A stretch of 64,000 bases of DNA, taken from contig JAZQKB010000037.1 of NCBI GenBank assembly GCA_045541975.1, positions 142,326 through 206,325 on the forward strand, in the 5' to 3' direction. This DNA is from Clostridia bacterium. GTDB lineage: Bacteria > Bacillota > Clostridia > UMGS1840. This document shows, in pieces, positions 1-9,757 of this stretch (positions are counted from its first letter, which is position 1; each line of letters opens with the position of its first letter). A model generated the notes under the pieces. That model was given only the letters and a program-made list of their open reading frames with translations, made no database searches and had not been told where the DNA came from. A program made the position numbers and the translations under genes.

Positions 1-1
1 T

Positions 2-202
2 ATTGAATCCACTTATGAAAAAGTGAAAGAAGTGAGCCGTATGATACAGGGAAAACATATTTTACTCTCTGTAGACGGGGGTGTGGATTTAACCAATGTT
101 CGTGCTTTAGAGGTATCTGGAGTTACTATGGTGGTTGCCGGAAGCAGTGTGTTTGGCGCCAAAAACCGGGCAGAAACCATTCGTTTGCTACAAGGAGAAT
201 AA
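2..202 (+). CDS. rpe: Ribulose-phosphate 3-epimerase, C-terminal fragment (5' end outside window)
   Basis: The ORF is open to the window edge and stops at TAA 200-202. Its translation ...LLSVDGGVDLTNVRALEVSGVTMVVAGSSVFGAKNRAETIRLL is the conserved Rpe C-terminus. The rpe-thiN-spoVM order matches Bacillus synteny. Confidence 0.85.
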   Translation: MESTYEKVKEVSRMIQGKHILLSVDGGVDLTNVRALEVSGVTMVVAGSSVFGAKNRAETIRLLQGE

Positions 203-206
203 TGTT

Positions 207-830
207 TTGAATGTGTTAATTATAGCGGCAGGGGAGAATAAGAATCCCAAGCGCCTTTTGGAATATGCCAATGCCGCAGATTATATTATTTGTGCGGATG
301 CAGGATATGACCATGCAAAAGCAGTAGGGATTGTGCCTGATATTTTAGTGGGTGATTTCGATTCCTTACAGGAAGAGCCAGCTGATTTTCTACGAAAAGT
401 AAAACTGCCCGTGGAAAAAGACGAAACCGACACTTTATATGCTTTGCGGTTCGCTTTTTCCAAAGGTGCAACCAATGTGATTGTGTATGGCGGAATCGGC
501 ACTCGTTTTGATCATAGTTATGCCAATATTTGTTTGTTGCAACATGCTATGGTGCGGGATATTACCATGACGGTTACCGACGGTGAAACTGAGATTTATC
601 TCACAGATTCCAATCTTACATTAAGCGGCAAAAAGGGGCAAACTGTTTCGGTTTATTCCTTTTCAGATATTTGTGAGGGCGTTAGCTTGCAAGGGTTTTA
701 TTATCCGCTGGAAAATGCCGTTTTAGAAAAATACGATATTATTGGAACCAGTAATATTGTCATAGAAGACGTGGCGAAAATTACAGTTTCCTCCGGAACA
801 TTACTGATTGTTTGTAACCAATCAAACTGA
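207..830 (+). CDS. thiN: Thiamine pyrophosphokinase
   Basis: This is track ORF 135..830. The motifs LIIAAGE, ADYIICADAGYDHA, VGDFDSL and GGIGTRFDH are typical of TPK. TTG 207 lies 9 nt after AAGGAG (192-197) and avoids overlap with rpe, so I prefer it to TTG 135. Confidence 0.85.
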   Translation: MNVLIIAAGENKNPKRLLEYANAADYIICADAGYDHAKAVGIVPDILVGDFDSLQEEPADFLRKVKLPVEKDETDTLYALRFAFSKGATNVIVYGGIGTRFDHSYANICLLQHAMVRDITMTVTDGETEIYLTDSNLTLSGKKGQTVSVYSFSDICEGVSLQGFYYPLENAVLEKYDIIGTSNIVIEDVAKITVSSGTLLIVCNQSN

Positions 831-904
831 TACCAATATAATGATAGTAGAACTATTGTTATATTGGTATTTTTTTATGAGAAAGAGGATGGAGGTGCCA
901 TCGG

Positions 905-1081
905 ATGAAAAATTTTCGCGGATGTTTTTCTTTAAGCTGGGGATTGGTGCTTTCTGCCTTAGGGTTAGGAATCTTAATTGCATTGTCAGTTCCGTTGATC
1001 ATTATTGTGATTATGTTATCTTGCATCCTGATAGGAGTAGGCTGTCTTTGGTCACTGTGCCGTCGGGGAAGAAAGTTTTAA
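905..1081 (+). CDS. Small hydrophobic membrane peptide (58 aa), unknown function
   Basis: ATG 905 is preceded by GGAGG. The translation MKNFRGCFSLSWGLVLSALGLGILIALSVPLIIIVIMLSCILIGVGCLWSLCRRGRKF has two hydrophobic spans. It is below the 60-aa cutoff of the ORF track. Confidence 0.45.
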   Translation: MKNFRGCFSLSWGLVLSALGLGILIALSVPLIIIVIMLSCILIGVGCLWSLCRRGRKF

Positions 1082-1101
1082 AAAGAAAAGGAGAAGAACT
1101 T

Positions 1102-1176
1102 ATGAAAATTGTTGTTTACCGTCCGCCGTCTTACTTAAAAGGATTTTTTCGATGGATTTTTCGGGTGAAAAAATGA
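1102..1176 (+). CDS. spoVM: Stage V sporulation protein M (24 aa)
   Basis: MKIVVYRPPSYLKGFFRWIFRVKK resembles B. subtilis SpoVM (MKFYTIKLPKFLGGIVRAMLGSFRKD) in length and amphipathic pattern. An RBS AAAGGAGAAG lies upstream and an intrinsic terminator follows. The position after rpe-thiN matches Bacillus. Confidence 0.7.
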   Translation: MKIVVYRPPSYLKGFFRWIFRVKK

Positions 1177-1181
1177 GAAAA

Positions 1182-1210
1182 AAGGGTTGCCGTCTGGCAA
1201 CCCTTTTTTC
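1182..1210 (+). terminator. Rho-independent terminator after spoVM
   Basis: The stem AAGGGTTGCC / GGCAACCCTT has loop GTCT and is followed by TTTTTT. Confidence 0.8.
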
Positions 1211-1272
1211 TTTCCTTTCTCTTTGGTATTTTTTTATCGGTTTTGGCTAAAATGGTAGGAAGAGGTGATTTT

Positions 1273-3729
1273 ATGTTTGAAAAAAAATTTACCGAAAAGG
1301 CAGCAAATGTGCTAACCTATGCAGAACAACTTGCCAGAGATTTTTCACAAAGTTATTTGGGCAGTGAACATCTGTTGTACGGACTTTTGAAAGAAAAAAA
1401 CGGTATTGCCTATCGTATTCTTTCGTCGAACGGATTAACAGAGCGAAATTTGTTGCAAAAAATCAGCGATATTTACGGTGTGCCGTCCTCCGTTTATTCC
1501 GGAAAAGTCACCTTTACGCCAAAAACAAAACAGATGATTGAACTGAGTTTTTTGGAAGCCAAAGAAATGGGACATAACTATATCGGCACCGAACATCTTT
1601 TATTGGCATTGTTGTCTTTGGAGGATTCCATAGCAGGAAGAATCCTTTTGCAACTAAAATTAAATCCCGAAAAAATGAAAACAGATATTTATGATATGGT
1701 GTCCGGAGGGATGCTTCCTCCCAGTTTGGGGGAAAAGACCAAAAACAGCCATACTTCGCGAAAATCAACTGTTGAAACACCGTTTTTAAACAGCGTTTCC
1801 AGAGATTTGACCAAAATGTGCCTGGAGGGAAATGTGGATCCGGTGATTGGCCGTGACAAGGAAATTGAACGGGTGATTCAGGTGCTTTGCCGTCGCAGTA
1901 AAAACAATCCTTGTTTAATTGGCGAACCGGGCGTTGGAAAAACAGCAATTATCGAAGGATTGGCACAAAAAATTGCCGACGGTGATATTCCCGATATCTT
2001 AAAAAACAAGCGAATTTTATCATTAGATATTTCTTCCGTTTTGGCAGGCACCAAATATCGCGGAGAATTTGAAGAACGGGTGAAAAAAGCAGTTGACGAG
2101 GCAAAGAAAAATGAAAATATTATCTTATTTATTGACGAAATTCATAACATTGTGGGAGCCGGTGCTGCTGAAGGCGCAATTGACGCAGCAAACATTTTAA
2201 AACCTTTTTTAAGTCGCGGAGAAATTCATCTGATTGGTGCTACCACCTTTGAAGAATACCGAAAGCACATCGAAAAAGATGCCGCATTAGAACGAAGATT
2301 TCAACCGGTGACGGTTTCGGAACCAACTGTTGAGGCCACTGTTCGTATGTTAGACGGTATTAAAGACCATTATGAAACTCACCATAATGTGAAAATTACC
2401 GAAGAGGCAATTCAAAGTGCCGCGGAATTATCTCACCGATATTTACGAGACCGATTTCTTCCTGATAAAGCCATTGATTTAATTGACGAAGCAGCCTCCC
2501 GCATGAAATTGAAATTGCATACGGTTCCGTCTCACATCCGTGATACCGAAACCAAATTAAAAGGAGTTTTAAAGGAAAAGGAAGAAGCCATTACTACTCA
2601 GGATTACAGTCGTGCATTGGTAATGAGAGAAGAAGAAAATGCCTTGCATGAAAACTATCAAACGCAAATGGATGCATGGAAGGCATCCAGATTTCATGAT
2701 GAACAGGTCATAACATCCAGTCACATCAGCGATATTGTTGCGGAATGGACGGGGATTCCTCTAACCAAATTAGAACAGGATGAACAAACAAAATTGATTC
2801 ATCTGGAAGATAATCTCAAGGAAAGCATTGTTGGTCAGGAAGAGGCGATTTCTGCAGTTTCTCAGGCAATCAGACGGGCAAAAGCAGGTCTGAATGATCC
2901 TGATAGGCCATTAGGTTCCTTTCTGTTTTTAGGTCCAACCGGAGTAGGAAAAACCGAACTTTCCAAAGCGTTAGCTAAGCAAGTGTTTGGCACGGAGGAC
3001 GCCATGATTCGGTTAGATATGTCGGAGTATATGGAAAAGCATAGTGTTTCTAAAATGATTGGTTCTCCGCCGGGATATGTGGGCTATCAGGAGGGTGGGA
3101 AACTAACGGAAAAAATTCGTCGTTATCCCTACAGTCTGGTTCTATTTGACGAAATTGAAAAAGCGCATCCCGATGTGTTTCATATTTTGCTTCAGATTTT
3201 GGATGATGGCATTTTAACCGATTCTTCCGGCAGACGGGTCAGCTTTAAAAATGCACTGCTGATTATGACCTCCAATATTGGTGCCAAGGAATTAACGGAG
3301 GAGATTCGTCCCACGGGATTTCGGGAACACGGTTTGGACCATCAGAAAAATCATGAAGAGCTATCTCAAAGAGTGATCAAAAAACTAAATAAATATTTTC
3401 GTCCGGAATTTTTAAACCGAATTGATGAAATGATTGTGTTTCGGAAATTGCTGGAGCCGGATTTTATAAAAATTGTTGGCATATTACTGAATCAGCTTCA
3501 GAAAAGATTGGAAAAACAAGGCTTTTTTGTGAGCTTTTCGGAGGAAGTGGTTTCTCATATTGCAAAGGTCGGTTCGGATTCCCGCTACGGTGCAAGGCCC
3601 TTAAAACGGGCGGTTCAAAAACAAATTGAAGATTTTTTGGCAGAGGCAATTTTAAAGGGAGAATTTGCGAAGGAAAACCCCGTGAAAATTATTTTAAAAA
3701 ATGATAAAATCTGCTTGGAAATAAATTGA
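1273..3729 (+). CDS. clpC: ATP-dependent Clp protease ATP-binding subunit ClpC
   Basis: The protein has a double Clp_N repeat, two AAA+ modules (GEPGVGKT, GPTGVGKT) and a UVR-like linker. I prefer ATG 1273 (MFEKKFTEKA), which follows GGAAGAGGTG, over track start 1243. Confidence 0.95.
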   Translation: MFEKKFTEKAANVLTYAEQLARDFSQSYLGSEHLLYGLLKEKNGIAYRILSSNGLTERNLLQKISDIYGVPSSVYSGKVTFTPKTKQMIELSFLEAKEMGHNYIGTEHLLLALLSLEDSIAGRILLQLKLNPEKMKTDIYDMVSGGMLPPSLGEKTKNSHTSRKSTVETPFLNSVSRDLTKMCLEGNVDPVIGRDKEIERVIQVLCRRSKNNPCLIGEPGVGKTAIIEGLAQKIADGDIPDILKNKRILSLDISSVLAGTKYRGEFEERVKKAVDEAKKNENIILFIDEIHNIVGAGAAEGAIDAANILKPFLSRGEIHLIGATTFEEYRKHIEKDAALERRFQPVTVSEPTVEATVRMLDGIKDHYETHHNVKITEEAIQSAAELSHRYLRDRFLPDKAIDLIDEAASRMKLKLHTVPSHIRDTETKLKGVLKEKEEAITTQDYSRALVMREEENALHENYQTQMDAWKASRFHDEQVITSSHISDIVAEWTGIPLTKLEQDEQTKLIHLEDNLKESIVGQEEAISAVSQAIRRAKAGLNDPDRPLGSFLFLGPTGVGKTELSKALAKQVFGTEDAMIRLDMSEYMEKHSVSKMIGSPPGYVGYQEGGKLTEKIRRYPYSLVLFDEIEKAHPDVFHILLQILDDGILTDSSGRRVSFKNALLIMTSNIGAKELTEEIRPTGFREHGLDHQKNHEELSQRVIKKLNKYFRPEFLNRIDEMIVFRKLLEPDFIKIVGILLNQLQKRLEKQGFFVSFSEEVVSHIAKVGSDSRYGARPLKRAVQKQIEDFLAEAILKGEFAKENPVKIILKNDKICLEIN

Positions 3730-3816
3730 CAAAAGAGCAAAAATAGTGTATGATATAAGATAGAAAAAATATAATCGGTGAAGTATATACTTCTGCCGTA
3801 TTTTTGAGGGTTTTCT

Positions 3817-4446
3817 ATGCAGATTCAAACGGTTGTAACAGGTCAGCTGGAGGAAAATTGTTATCTGATTTGGGATTGCGAAAAGCATTGTCTTGTGGTT
3901 GATCCCGGTGATGATTTTGAGCATATTTGGAACGTAATATCAGAGAATGGCCTTTTGGTGGAAGCAATTGCTTTAACGCACGGCCATTATGACCATGTGG
4001 GTGCTGTGAATCAACTTCGGGAACAAACCGGTGCGAACGTGATTGCTTACGAGGAAGAAAAGGATTTGATCACAAATCCTCAGATTTCTCTTTCTTGTTA
4101 TTTTAAACCTGATTTTCCAACTCCTGTTGTAGATTCTTATGTGCAAGAAGGGGACATTGTCACGGTTGGTAGTCTTTCCTTTACCGTAATGCATACCCCC
4201 GGACACACTCAAGGCGGTATGTGTCTTTATACAGACGGCGTTTTATTTTCCGGCGATACAGTGTTTTTAGGAACCCTTGGCAGATGGGATTTTCCCACAG
4301 GAGATTTATCTAAACTGATTGATTCCATTACCAAACGGATTTTTTCGCTTCCGTCTGATACTGTGATTTATTCCGGTCACGGTCCTAAAACAACGGTGGG
4401 AGACGAAAAGCATCACAATGAGGTTTTAAGATGGTCGTCAATTTAA
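3817..4446 (+). CDS. MBL-fold metallo-hydrolase (glyoxalase II-like)
   Basis: A THGHYDHVG (HxHxDH) motif and a downstream HTPGHT motif are present, and the ~209-aa length is typical. Confidence 0.85.
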   Translation: MQIQTVVTGQLEENCYLIWDCEKHCLVVDPGDDFEHIWNVISENGLLVEAIALTHGHYDHVGAVNQLREQTGANVIAYEEEKDLITNPQISLSCYFKPDFPTPVVDSYVQEGDIVTVGSLSFTVMHTPGHTQGGMCLYTDGVLFSGDTVFLGTLGRWDFPTGDLSKLIDSITKRIFSLPSDTVIYSGHGPKTTVGDEKHHNEVLRWSSI

Positions 4447-5813
4447 TTAATGAGATAGAATCTTTTCACTATGGGATATATCATCTTCTGAAAATGATTT
4501 TTCCCTTCGATGAAATCATCTGCAATGGTGAAAACGCTGATTTGGATATTTCTTATCAAATCAATGATACTTCAGTAACCGTTACCTGCGGTGAAAGCAT
4601 TCACACAGAGCCATTGATTCAGGATGATGTGCTTCTTACTTTAAAACGCGCCATTTATTTTGTGACGCATGCCAAATTGCCCTTTGGTATTTTAACAGGA
4701 GTACGCCCATCCCAAACGGCACTGAAATTTTCAGAACATGTTACCAGCGGTTTGTCCTCTGTTTATCTGGTTTCGCCCCAAAAGGCAGAAATGATGAAGC
4801 AGTGTGCAGATCAGTTAATAAACACCCGTAAAACACTAACAAAAAAAGAAATTTCTTTATATATTCACATTCCTTTTTGCCCTTCACGATGCGGATACTG
4901 TTCTTTCACATTAGAATATTTAAAACCCTATTCGTTACTGATTGACGATTATTTTGTTGCATTACTTCGGGAAGTAAGAGCTGTTTTGCAAACTGTTTCG
5001 GAATGTAAACTTAGCTTAAATTCTGTCTATATCGGCGGGGGAACACCTACCGTGTTAACCGAGAACCAGTTAGAAGAGCTGATTGGAACAGTTTTTTCTT
5101 ATCAAACTCCCAAGGAGTTTTCGGTGGAGGCAGGACGGGCAGACACGGTAACGCAAGAAAAACTTGCCGTGTTGTCTCAAATGGGGGTAACCCGGATTAG
5201 TATCAATCCTCAAACCTTAAATCAGGCAACTCTTGACAGAATCGGAAGACGGCACACTGTTACCGAATTTCTAAAAGCTTATGAGTTAAGCCGCAAGTTT
5301 TCCTTTGATATTGTCAATACCGATTTAATTGCGGCACTTCCCGGGGAAAGTTTTTTAGATTTTAAATATTCTTTAGATGGAATCCTGTCTTTATCACCTG
5401 AGCACGTCACCGTGCATACCTTATGTAAAAAACGAACTGCCGACCTTCGGTTGCAAAACGAGAAGGAGCAGTTTTTGGAAGCGGAAAAAATGCTTCAGTA
5501 TTCTTATGAAGCGTTAGCTGATTCTTACGAACCATACTATATTTACCGCCAAAAAAATGCAGTTGCAGGTTTGGAAAACATTGGATTTATGCGAAACAAA
5601 AAGGTATGTAGATACAATATTTTTATGATGGAGGAGATTTCATCTGTCATAGCGGTTGGAGCAGGAGGTACCTCCAAGCTGACCGATTTTGCAACAAAAA
5701 AACCGTTTTCTAAACTGCGCACCGATAAGCAACCGGAACGGTATATGAAAGATTTAGACGAAATTATTTTAGAAAAACAAAACTTTTTAAGAGAAGGAAG
5801 CCATCTTCTTTAA
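4431..5813 (+). CDS. hemZ: Radical SAM coproporphyrinogen dehydrogenase-like protein (HemZ type)
   Basis: It has a CPSRCGYCSF radical-SAM cluster motif, a HemN-like core and the long N-terminal extension typical of clostridial HemZ. It overlaps the upstream gene by 16 nt. Confidence 0.75.
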   Translation: MVVNLINEIESFHYGIYHLLKMIFPFDEIICNGENADLDISYQINDTSVTVTCGESIHTEPLIQDDVLLTLKRAIYFVTHAKLPFGILTGVRPSQTALKFSEHVTSGLSSVYLVSPQKAEMMKQCADQLINTRKTLTKKEISLYIHIPFCPSRCGYCSFTLEYLKPYSLLIDDYFVALLREVRAVLQTVSECKLSLNSVYIGGGTPTVLTENQLEELIGTVFSYQTPKEFSVEAGRADTVTQEKLAVLSQMGVTRISINPQTLNQATLDRIGRRHTVTEFLKAYELSRKFSFDIVNTDLIAALPGESFLDFKYSLDGILSLSPEHVTVHTLCKKRTADLRLQNEKEQFLEAEKMLQYSYEALADSYEPYYIYRQKNAVAGLENIGFMRNKKVCRYNIFMMEEISSVIAVGAGGTSKLTDFATKKPFSKLRTDKQPERYMKDLDEIILEKQNFLREGSHLL

Positions 5814-5833
5814 CCCATCAAGGAGGAATTTTT

Positions 5834-6367
5834 GTGAACATTTGGCACGATATGAGGGACGAGAGAATTACTCCCGAACGGTTTTCTGCAGTCATCGAGA
5901 TTGAAAAAGGCGGCAAAAACAAATACGAATTGGATAAAGAAACCGGTCTTTTAAAATTAGACCGTGTGCTGTATACTTCCACTCACTATCCGGCAAACTA
6001 TGGTTTTATTCCAAGAACCTACGCTCAGGACGGTGACCCGCTGGACGTGTTGGTACTGTGTACTGAAGGTATTATGCCCATGACGGTGGTGGAATGTTAT
6101 CCCATTGGGGTTATCCGTATGATTGATGACGGTGCTGTTGATGAGAAAATTATCGCAGTATGTGAAAACGACCCTTATCACAATTCCTTCCGCGATGTGT
6201 CGGAATTGCCCAATCATTTATTTCACGAAATCAAGCATTTTTATGAAGTATATAAAATGCTGGAGTATAAAGAAACCATTGTGAATATGGTGGAAGGTGC
6301 AGACGTGGCAAAACAGGTAATTGCAGACTGCATCGAAAACTACAAAAAAGAATTTTTAGCAAAGTAA
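5834..6367 (+). CDS. ppa: Inorganic pyrophosphatase, family I
   Basis: The translation contains IEIEKGGKNKYELDKETG...YPANYGFIP...DGDPLDVLVL, the canonical soluble PPase signature. It has a GTG start after GGAGG. Confidence 0.92.
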   Translation: MNIWHDMRDERITPERFSAVIEIEKGGKNKYELDKETGLLKLDRVLYTSTHYPANYGFIPRTYAQDGDPLDVLVLCTEGIMPMTVVECYPIGVIRMIDDGAVDEKIIAVCENDPYHNSFRDVSELPNHLFHEIKHFYEVYKMLEYKETIVNMVEGADVAKQVIADCIENYKKEFLAK

Positions 6368-6388
6368 ATGACAAACATGGAGAGCATT

Positions 6389-7591
6389 ATGAAAAATTTA
6401 TTGGTAGCCCAGTCCGGCGGTCCCACTGCCGCCATTAACGCAAGTTTAGCAGGTGTCATCAGCGGTGCCCAAAAAGAAACAACGATTGATAAAATTTACG
6501 GTGCTGTATACGGAATTGAAGGCGTGTTAAACGATCACTTAGTGGAACTTAACAATATTGATTTAGATATTTTAAAACAGACTCCGGCAGCATATTTAGG
6601 TTCCTGCCGTAAGAAGTTGCCGACGGAATCTGACAATCCGGAAATTTATCAGCAGATTTTTTCTTATTTTTCTGAAAAAAACATTGGCTATTTTCTCTAT
6701 ATTGGCGGAAATGACTCCATGGATACTGTTTCCAAATTGTCTGACTATGCCAAAGAACATCACTTGGATTTAAAAATTATTGGTGTGCCCAAAACCATTG
6801 ATAACGATTTAGCAATCACAGATCATACACCTGGATTTGGATCTGCTGCAAAATATGTGTCAACCACGGTAGCAGAAATTGCAGAAGACAGTATGGTATA
6901 TGATTTGAAATCTGTTACCATTGTGGAAATCATGGGGCGTCATGCAGGTTGGTTGACCGGTGCCGCCGTTCTGGCAAGGAATGAAAGCCGTATGGCACCG
7001 CATTTGATTTATTTGCCGGAAGTATCGTTTATAAAAGAACAGTTTGTATCAGATATCCAAGCTTTGTTTGACAAAGGGATCCATCAGGTGATTGTTGCCA
7101 TATCCGAAGGTATTCACGATGAAAAGGGAACCTTCATTTGCGAAGGTGCAACCAGTGCTACCGATTCCTTTGGTCATGCCATGTTAAGCGGTGCGGGGAA
7201 AGCACTGGAAAACTTGGTAAAAGCAGAACTTGGCTGTAAGGCAAGAAGCGTGGAATTGAATGTTTGTCAGCGTTGTGCGGGGCATCTGTTATCCGAAACA
7301 GATATTGACGAAGCTTTTGCCATCGGCGAAGCGGGGGTACGGCAGGCTGCCTTAGGGCATAGCGGAGAAATGATGGTGTTTGAACGCCTCTCTGATACGC
7401 CCTATGAAATCAGTATTTCTTCCGCAGATATTCATAAGAGTGCCAATGTGGAAAAAGGTGTTCCCACAGAGTGGATTGTCAACGGCAACGATGTAACCAA
7501 GGAACTTGTTACTTACCTAAAACCGTTGATTTTAGGAGAAGTTTCTGTGGCTTTTGATGAAAACGGCTTACCAAAACATTTACATAGATAG
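6389..7591 (+). CDS. pfp: 6-phosphofructokinase, pyrophosphate-dependent type
   Basis: It has the PFK fold (QSGGPTAAINAS). GGNDS (Asp at the E. coli Gly104 position) and PKTIDND (Lys at the Gly124 position) form the PPi-type signature. The start is uncertain: ATG 6368, 6377 or 6389. Confidence 0.8.
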   Translation: MKNLLVAQSGGPTAAINASLAGVISGAQKETTIDKIYGAVYGIEGVLNDHLVELNNIDLDILKQTPAAYLGSCRKKLPTESDNPEIYQQIFSYFSEKNIGYFLYIGGNDSMDTVSKLSDYAKEHHLDLKIIGVPKTIDNDLAITDHTPGFGSAAKYVSTTVAEIAEDSMVYDLKSVTIVEIMGRHAGWLTGAAVLARNESRMAPHLIYLPEVSFIKEQFVSDIQALFDKGIHQVIVAISEGIHDEKGTFICEGATSATDSFGHAMLSGAGKALENLVKAELGCKARSVELNVCQRCAGHLLSETDIDEAFAIGEAGVRQAALGHSGEMMVFERLSDTPYEISISSADIHKSANVEKGVPTEWIVNGNDVTKELVTYLKPLILGEVSVAFDENGLPKHLHR

Positions 7592-7603
7592 GAATTACGC
7601 AAA

Positions 7604-8329
7604 ATGTATCAGGATTTTTCATATTACTATGACCGATTTGCCTATGACATTGATTATGGCAAATTTTATCGGTACTACAAGAAAATATTTGAAAAATTTT
7701 CTCTGGATCCCAAACTCATATTAGATATCTGTTGCGGTACGGGAACCTTAACCCGACTGATGGCAAAAGATTATGAGATGATTGGAGTAGACTACTCCTG
7801 GGAAATGCTGGATGTTGCCAGAGCAAAAGACCCTGATGCCACCATTTTATACTTGAATCAGTCTATGACCGATTTCGAGCTTTACGGTACGGTAGATGCC
7901 TGCTATTCCTCCTTGGACAGCGTGAACTACCTTTTAGAACAAGAAGATTTAAAAAAACATTTTAAATTAGTAAAAAACTATTTAAATCCCAACGGATTAT
8001 ACATTTTTGATATTTCCACCATTTATAAATTCCGCCATATTTTGGGGAATAACACATTTACCGATGAAACGGAAACTGAAATGTTTATTTGGCAGAATAC
8101 CTATGAAGACCGACTTTTGACAATGGATTTGGATATTTTTTACCGTCAGGAAGACGATTCCTACAAACGGATATCAGAAACCCACTACGAAAGAGGATAC
8201 ACGGTATCAGAAATCAAAAAAGTTGCGGAACAATGCGGTTTTTTGGTGGAAGGTGTATATGATGAATTTAGTTTGAAACCCGCTCATTCAAAAAGCGAAC
8301 GGATATTTTTTGTGATAAGGAGCATTTAA
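7604..8329 (+). CDS. Class I SAM-dependent methyltransferase
   Basis: It has the ILDICCGTGTLT motif I (GxGxG-like) and a Rossmann-fold pattern, and is 241 aa long. Confidence 0.8.
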   Translation: MYQDFSYYYDRFAYDIDYGKFYRYYKKIFEKFSLDPKLILDICCGTGTLTRLMAKDYEMIGVDYSWEMLDVARAKDPDATILYLNQSMTDFELYGTVDACYSSLDSVNYLLEQEDLKKHFKLVKNYLNPNGLYIFDISTIYKFRHILGNNTFTDETETEMFIWQNTYEDRLLTMDLDIFYRQEDDSYKRISETHYERGYTVSEIKKVAEQCGFLVEGVYDEFSLKPAHSKSERIFFVIRSI

Positions 8330-8332
8330 ACC

Positions 8333-9736
8333 GTGATAGAATTTGTTTCCAAAGATACGATAGAAACCCAAAAAGAATATATGAAAAATGTCCGCTTAAA
8401 AAACGAGGGGACTAAGAAAACCGCTGTGGTTGTTACATACGGCTGTGCTCAGAATGAAACCGATTCGGACAAGCTTTATGCGATGCTTTTTGAGATGGGC
8501 TACCAAAAGGGTGACGACGAAAAAAATGCCGACCTTGTGATTTATAACACCTGTTCTGTTCGTGAAAATGCGGAAGTGAAGGTGTATGGTAAGGTAGGTA
8601 CCCTAAAGGCGAAAAAGAAAAAAAATCCCGATATGGTTATTGGTGTTTGCGGATGCTTAATGCAGCAGCCTCATGCCAGCGAGCGAATCAAAAAGACCTT
8701 TCCTTTTGTGGATATGGTGTTTGGTACGCACGTTATCCATGAGTTTCCAAAAATGTTGCACCATGTGTTAACCGAAAGGGAACGGGTTTTCTCGGTAGAT
8801 TCTGTGGACGGTGTTATTGCAGAGGGGGTTCCCGTTGTTTACGACAAGTGGTATAAAGCATCCATTCCCATTATGTACGGTTGCAACAATTTCTGTACCT
8901 ATTGTGTGGTCCCTTATACCCGTGGCAGAGAAAGAAGTCGTAAATCCGAAGACATTTTAAACGAAATTCATATGCTTTGCAAAAAAGGATTAAAAGAAGT
9001 TACCTTACTTGGTCAAAATGTAAATTCCTACGGCAAAGATTTGGAAAATGATTTAGATTTTCCCGATTTGCTATCTGCCATATGCGAAATTGACCAGATC
9101 AAAAGAATCCGTTTTGTGACCTCTCATCCCAAGGATTTAACCGATAAATTAATTGCAGTCATGGGAGAAAACAAAAAGATTTGTAATAGCTTACACTTAC
9201 CATTTCAGGCGGGGAATAACCGTGTATTAGCTGAAATGAACCGCCGTTATACCAGAGAGGATTATTTGACTCTGGTATCCAAAATCAGAAAGGCAGTTCC
9301 CGATATTGCCTTAACTTCTGATGTTATCGTAGGGTTCCCGGGCGAAACCCAAGAAGAGTTTTACGATACCTTGTCTTTAATCCGTGAGGTTCGTTTTGAT
9401 AACCTGTTTACTTTCATCTATTCTCCCAGAAAAGGTACGAAAGCGGCATTAATGGATGACTCCAGAACCTATGAAGAAAAACTTAAAAACTTTAACGAGC
9501 TTTTAGAAGTGCAAACCGAAATTTGCAGAGAAGCCAACGAAGCATACTTAAATCATACCTACGAAATTATTGACGAAGGGTTAAGCAAAAATAATCCTCT
9601 GATGCGGCAGGGAAGAACCACCACCAATAAGGTGATCAACTACAAAGCAAAAACCGACGTATCGGAAGGTGAGTTTGTAACGGTAAAAGTTACCGAAGTG
9701 ATGTCCTGGTCACTTGTGGGTGAGCAGGAATGTTAG
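8333..9736 (+). CDS. miaB: tRNA-2-methylthio-N6-dimethylallyladenosine synthase
   Basis: It has a UPF0004 N-domain (TYGCAQNE), a radical SAM CNNFCTYC motif and a TRAM C-domain. It has a GTG start. Confidence 0.93.
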   Translation: MIEFVSKDTIETQKEYMKNVRLKNEGTKKTAVVVTYGCAQNETDSDKLYAMLFEMGYQKGDDEKNADLVIYNTCSVRENAEVKVYGKVGTLKAKKKKNPDMVIGVCGCLMQQPHASERIKKTFPFVDMVFGTHVIHEFPKMLHHVLTERERVFSVDSVDGVIAEGVPVVYDKWYKASIPIMYGCNNFCTYCVVPYTRGRERSRKSEDILNEIHMLCKKGLKEVTLLGQNVNSYGKDLENDLDFPDLLSAICEIDQIKRIRFVTSHPKDLTDKLIAVMGENKKICNSLHLPFQAGNNRVLAEMNRRYTREDYLTLVSKIRKAVPDIALTSDVIVGFPGETQEEFYDTLSLIREVRFDNLFTFIYSPRKGTKAALMDDSRTYEEKLKNFNELLEVQTEICREANEAYLNHTYEIIDEGLSKNNPLMRQGRTTTNKVINYKAKTDVSEGEFVTVKVTEVMSWSLVGEQEC

Positions 9737-9757
9737 AACAGGACGGTTGAATTTATT

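Noticed and set aside
135-206. N-terminal extension of thiN from TTG 135
   Set aside because: It would overlap the rpe C-terminus by 68 nt. TTG 207 has a properly spaced AAGGAG and yields the normal TPK length.
808-1176. 122-aa track ORF treated as a single CDS
   Set aside because: It has no RBS and its translation is implausible. The region is better explained by two RBS-preceded micro-ORFs (905-1081 and spoVM at 1102-1176) in different arrangements.
1514-1948. Antisense or alternative-frame ORFs inside long genes (for example 1514-1948, 9908-10249, 27921-28298, 35031-35531, 39475-39795, 40558-40917, 41153-41482, 46082-46483, 62038-62403)
   Set aside because: They lie entirely within well-supported conserved genes on the opposite strand or in another frame. 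They have no RBS and low-complexity translations, so they are typical shadow ORFs.
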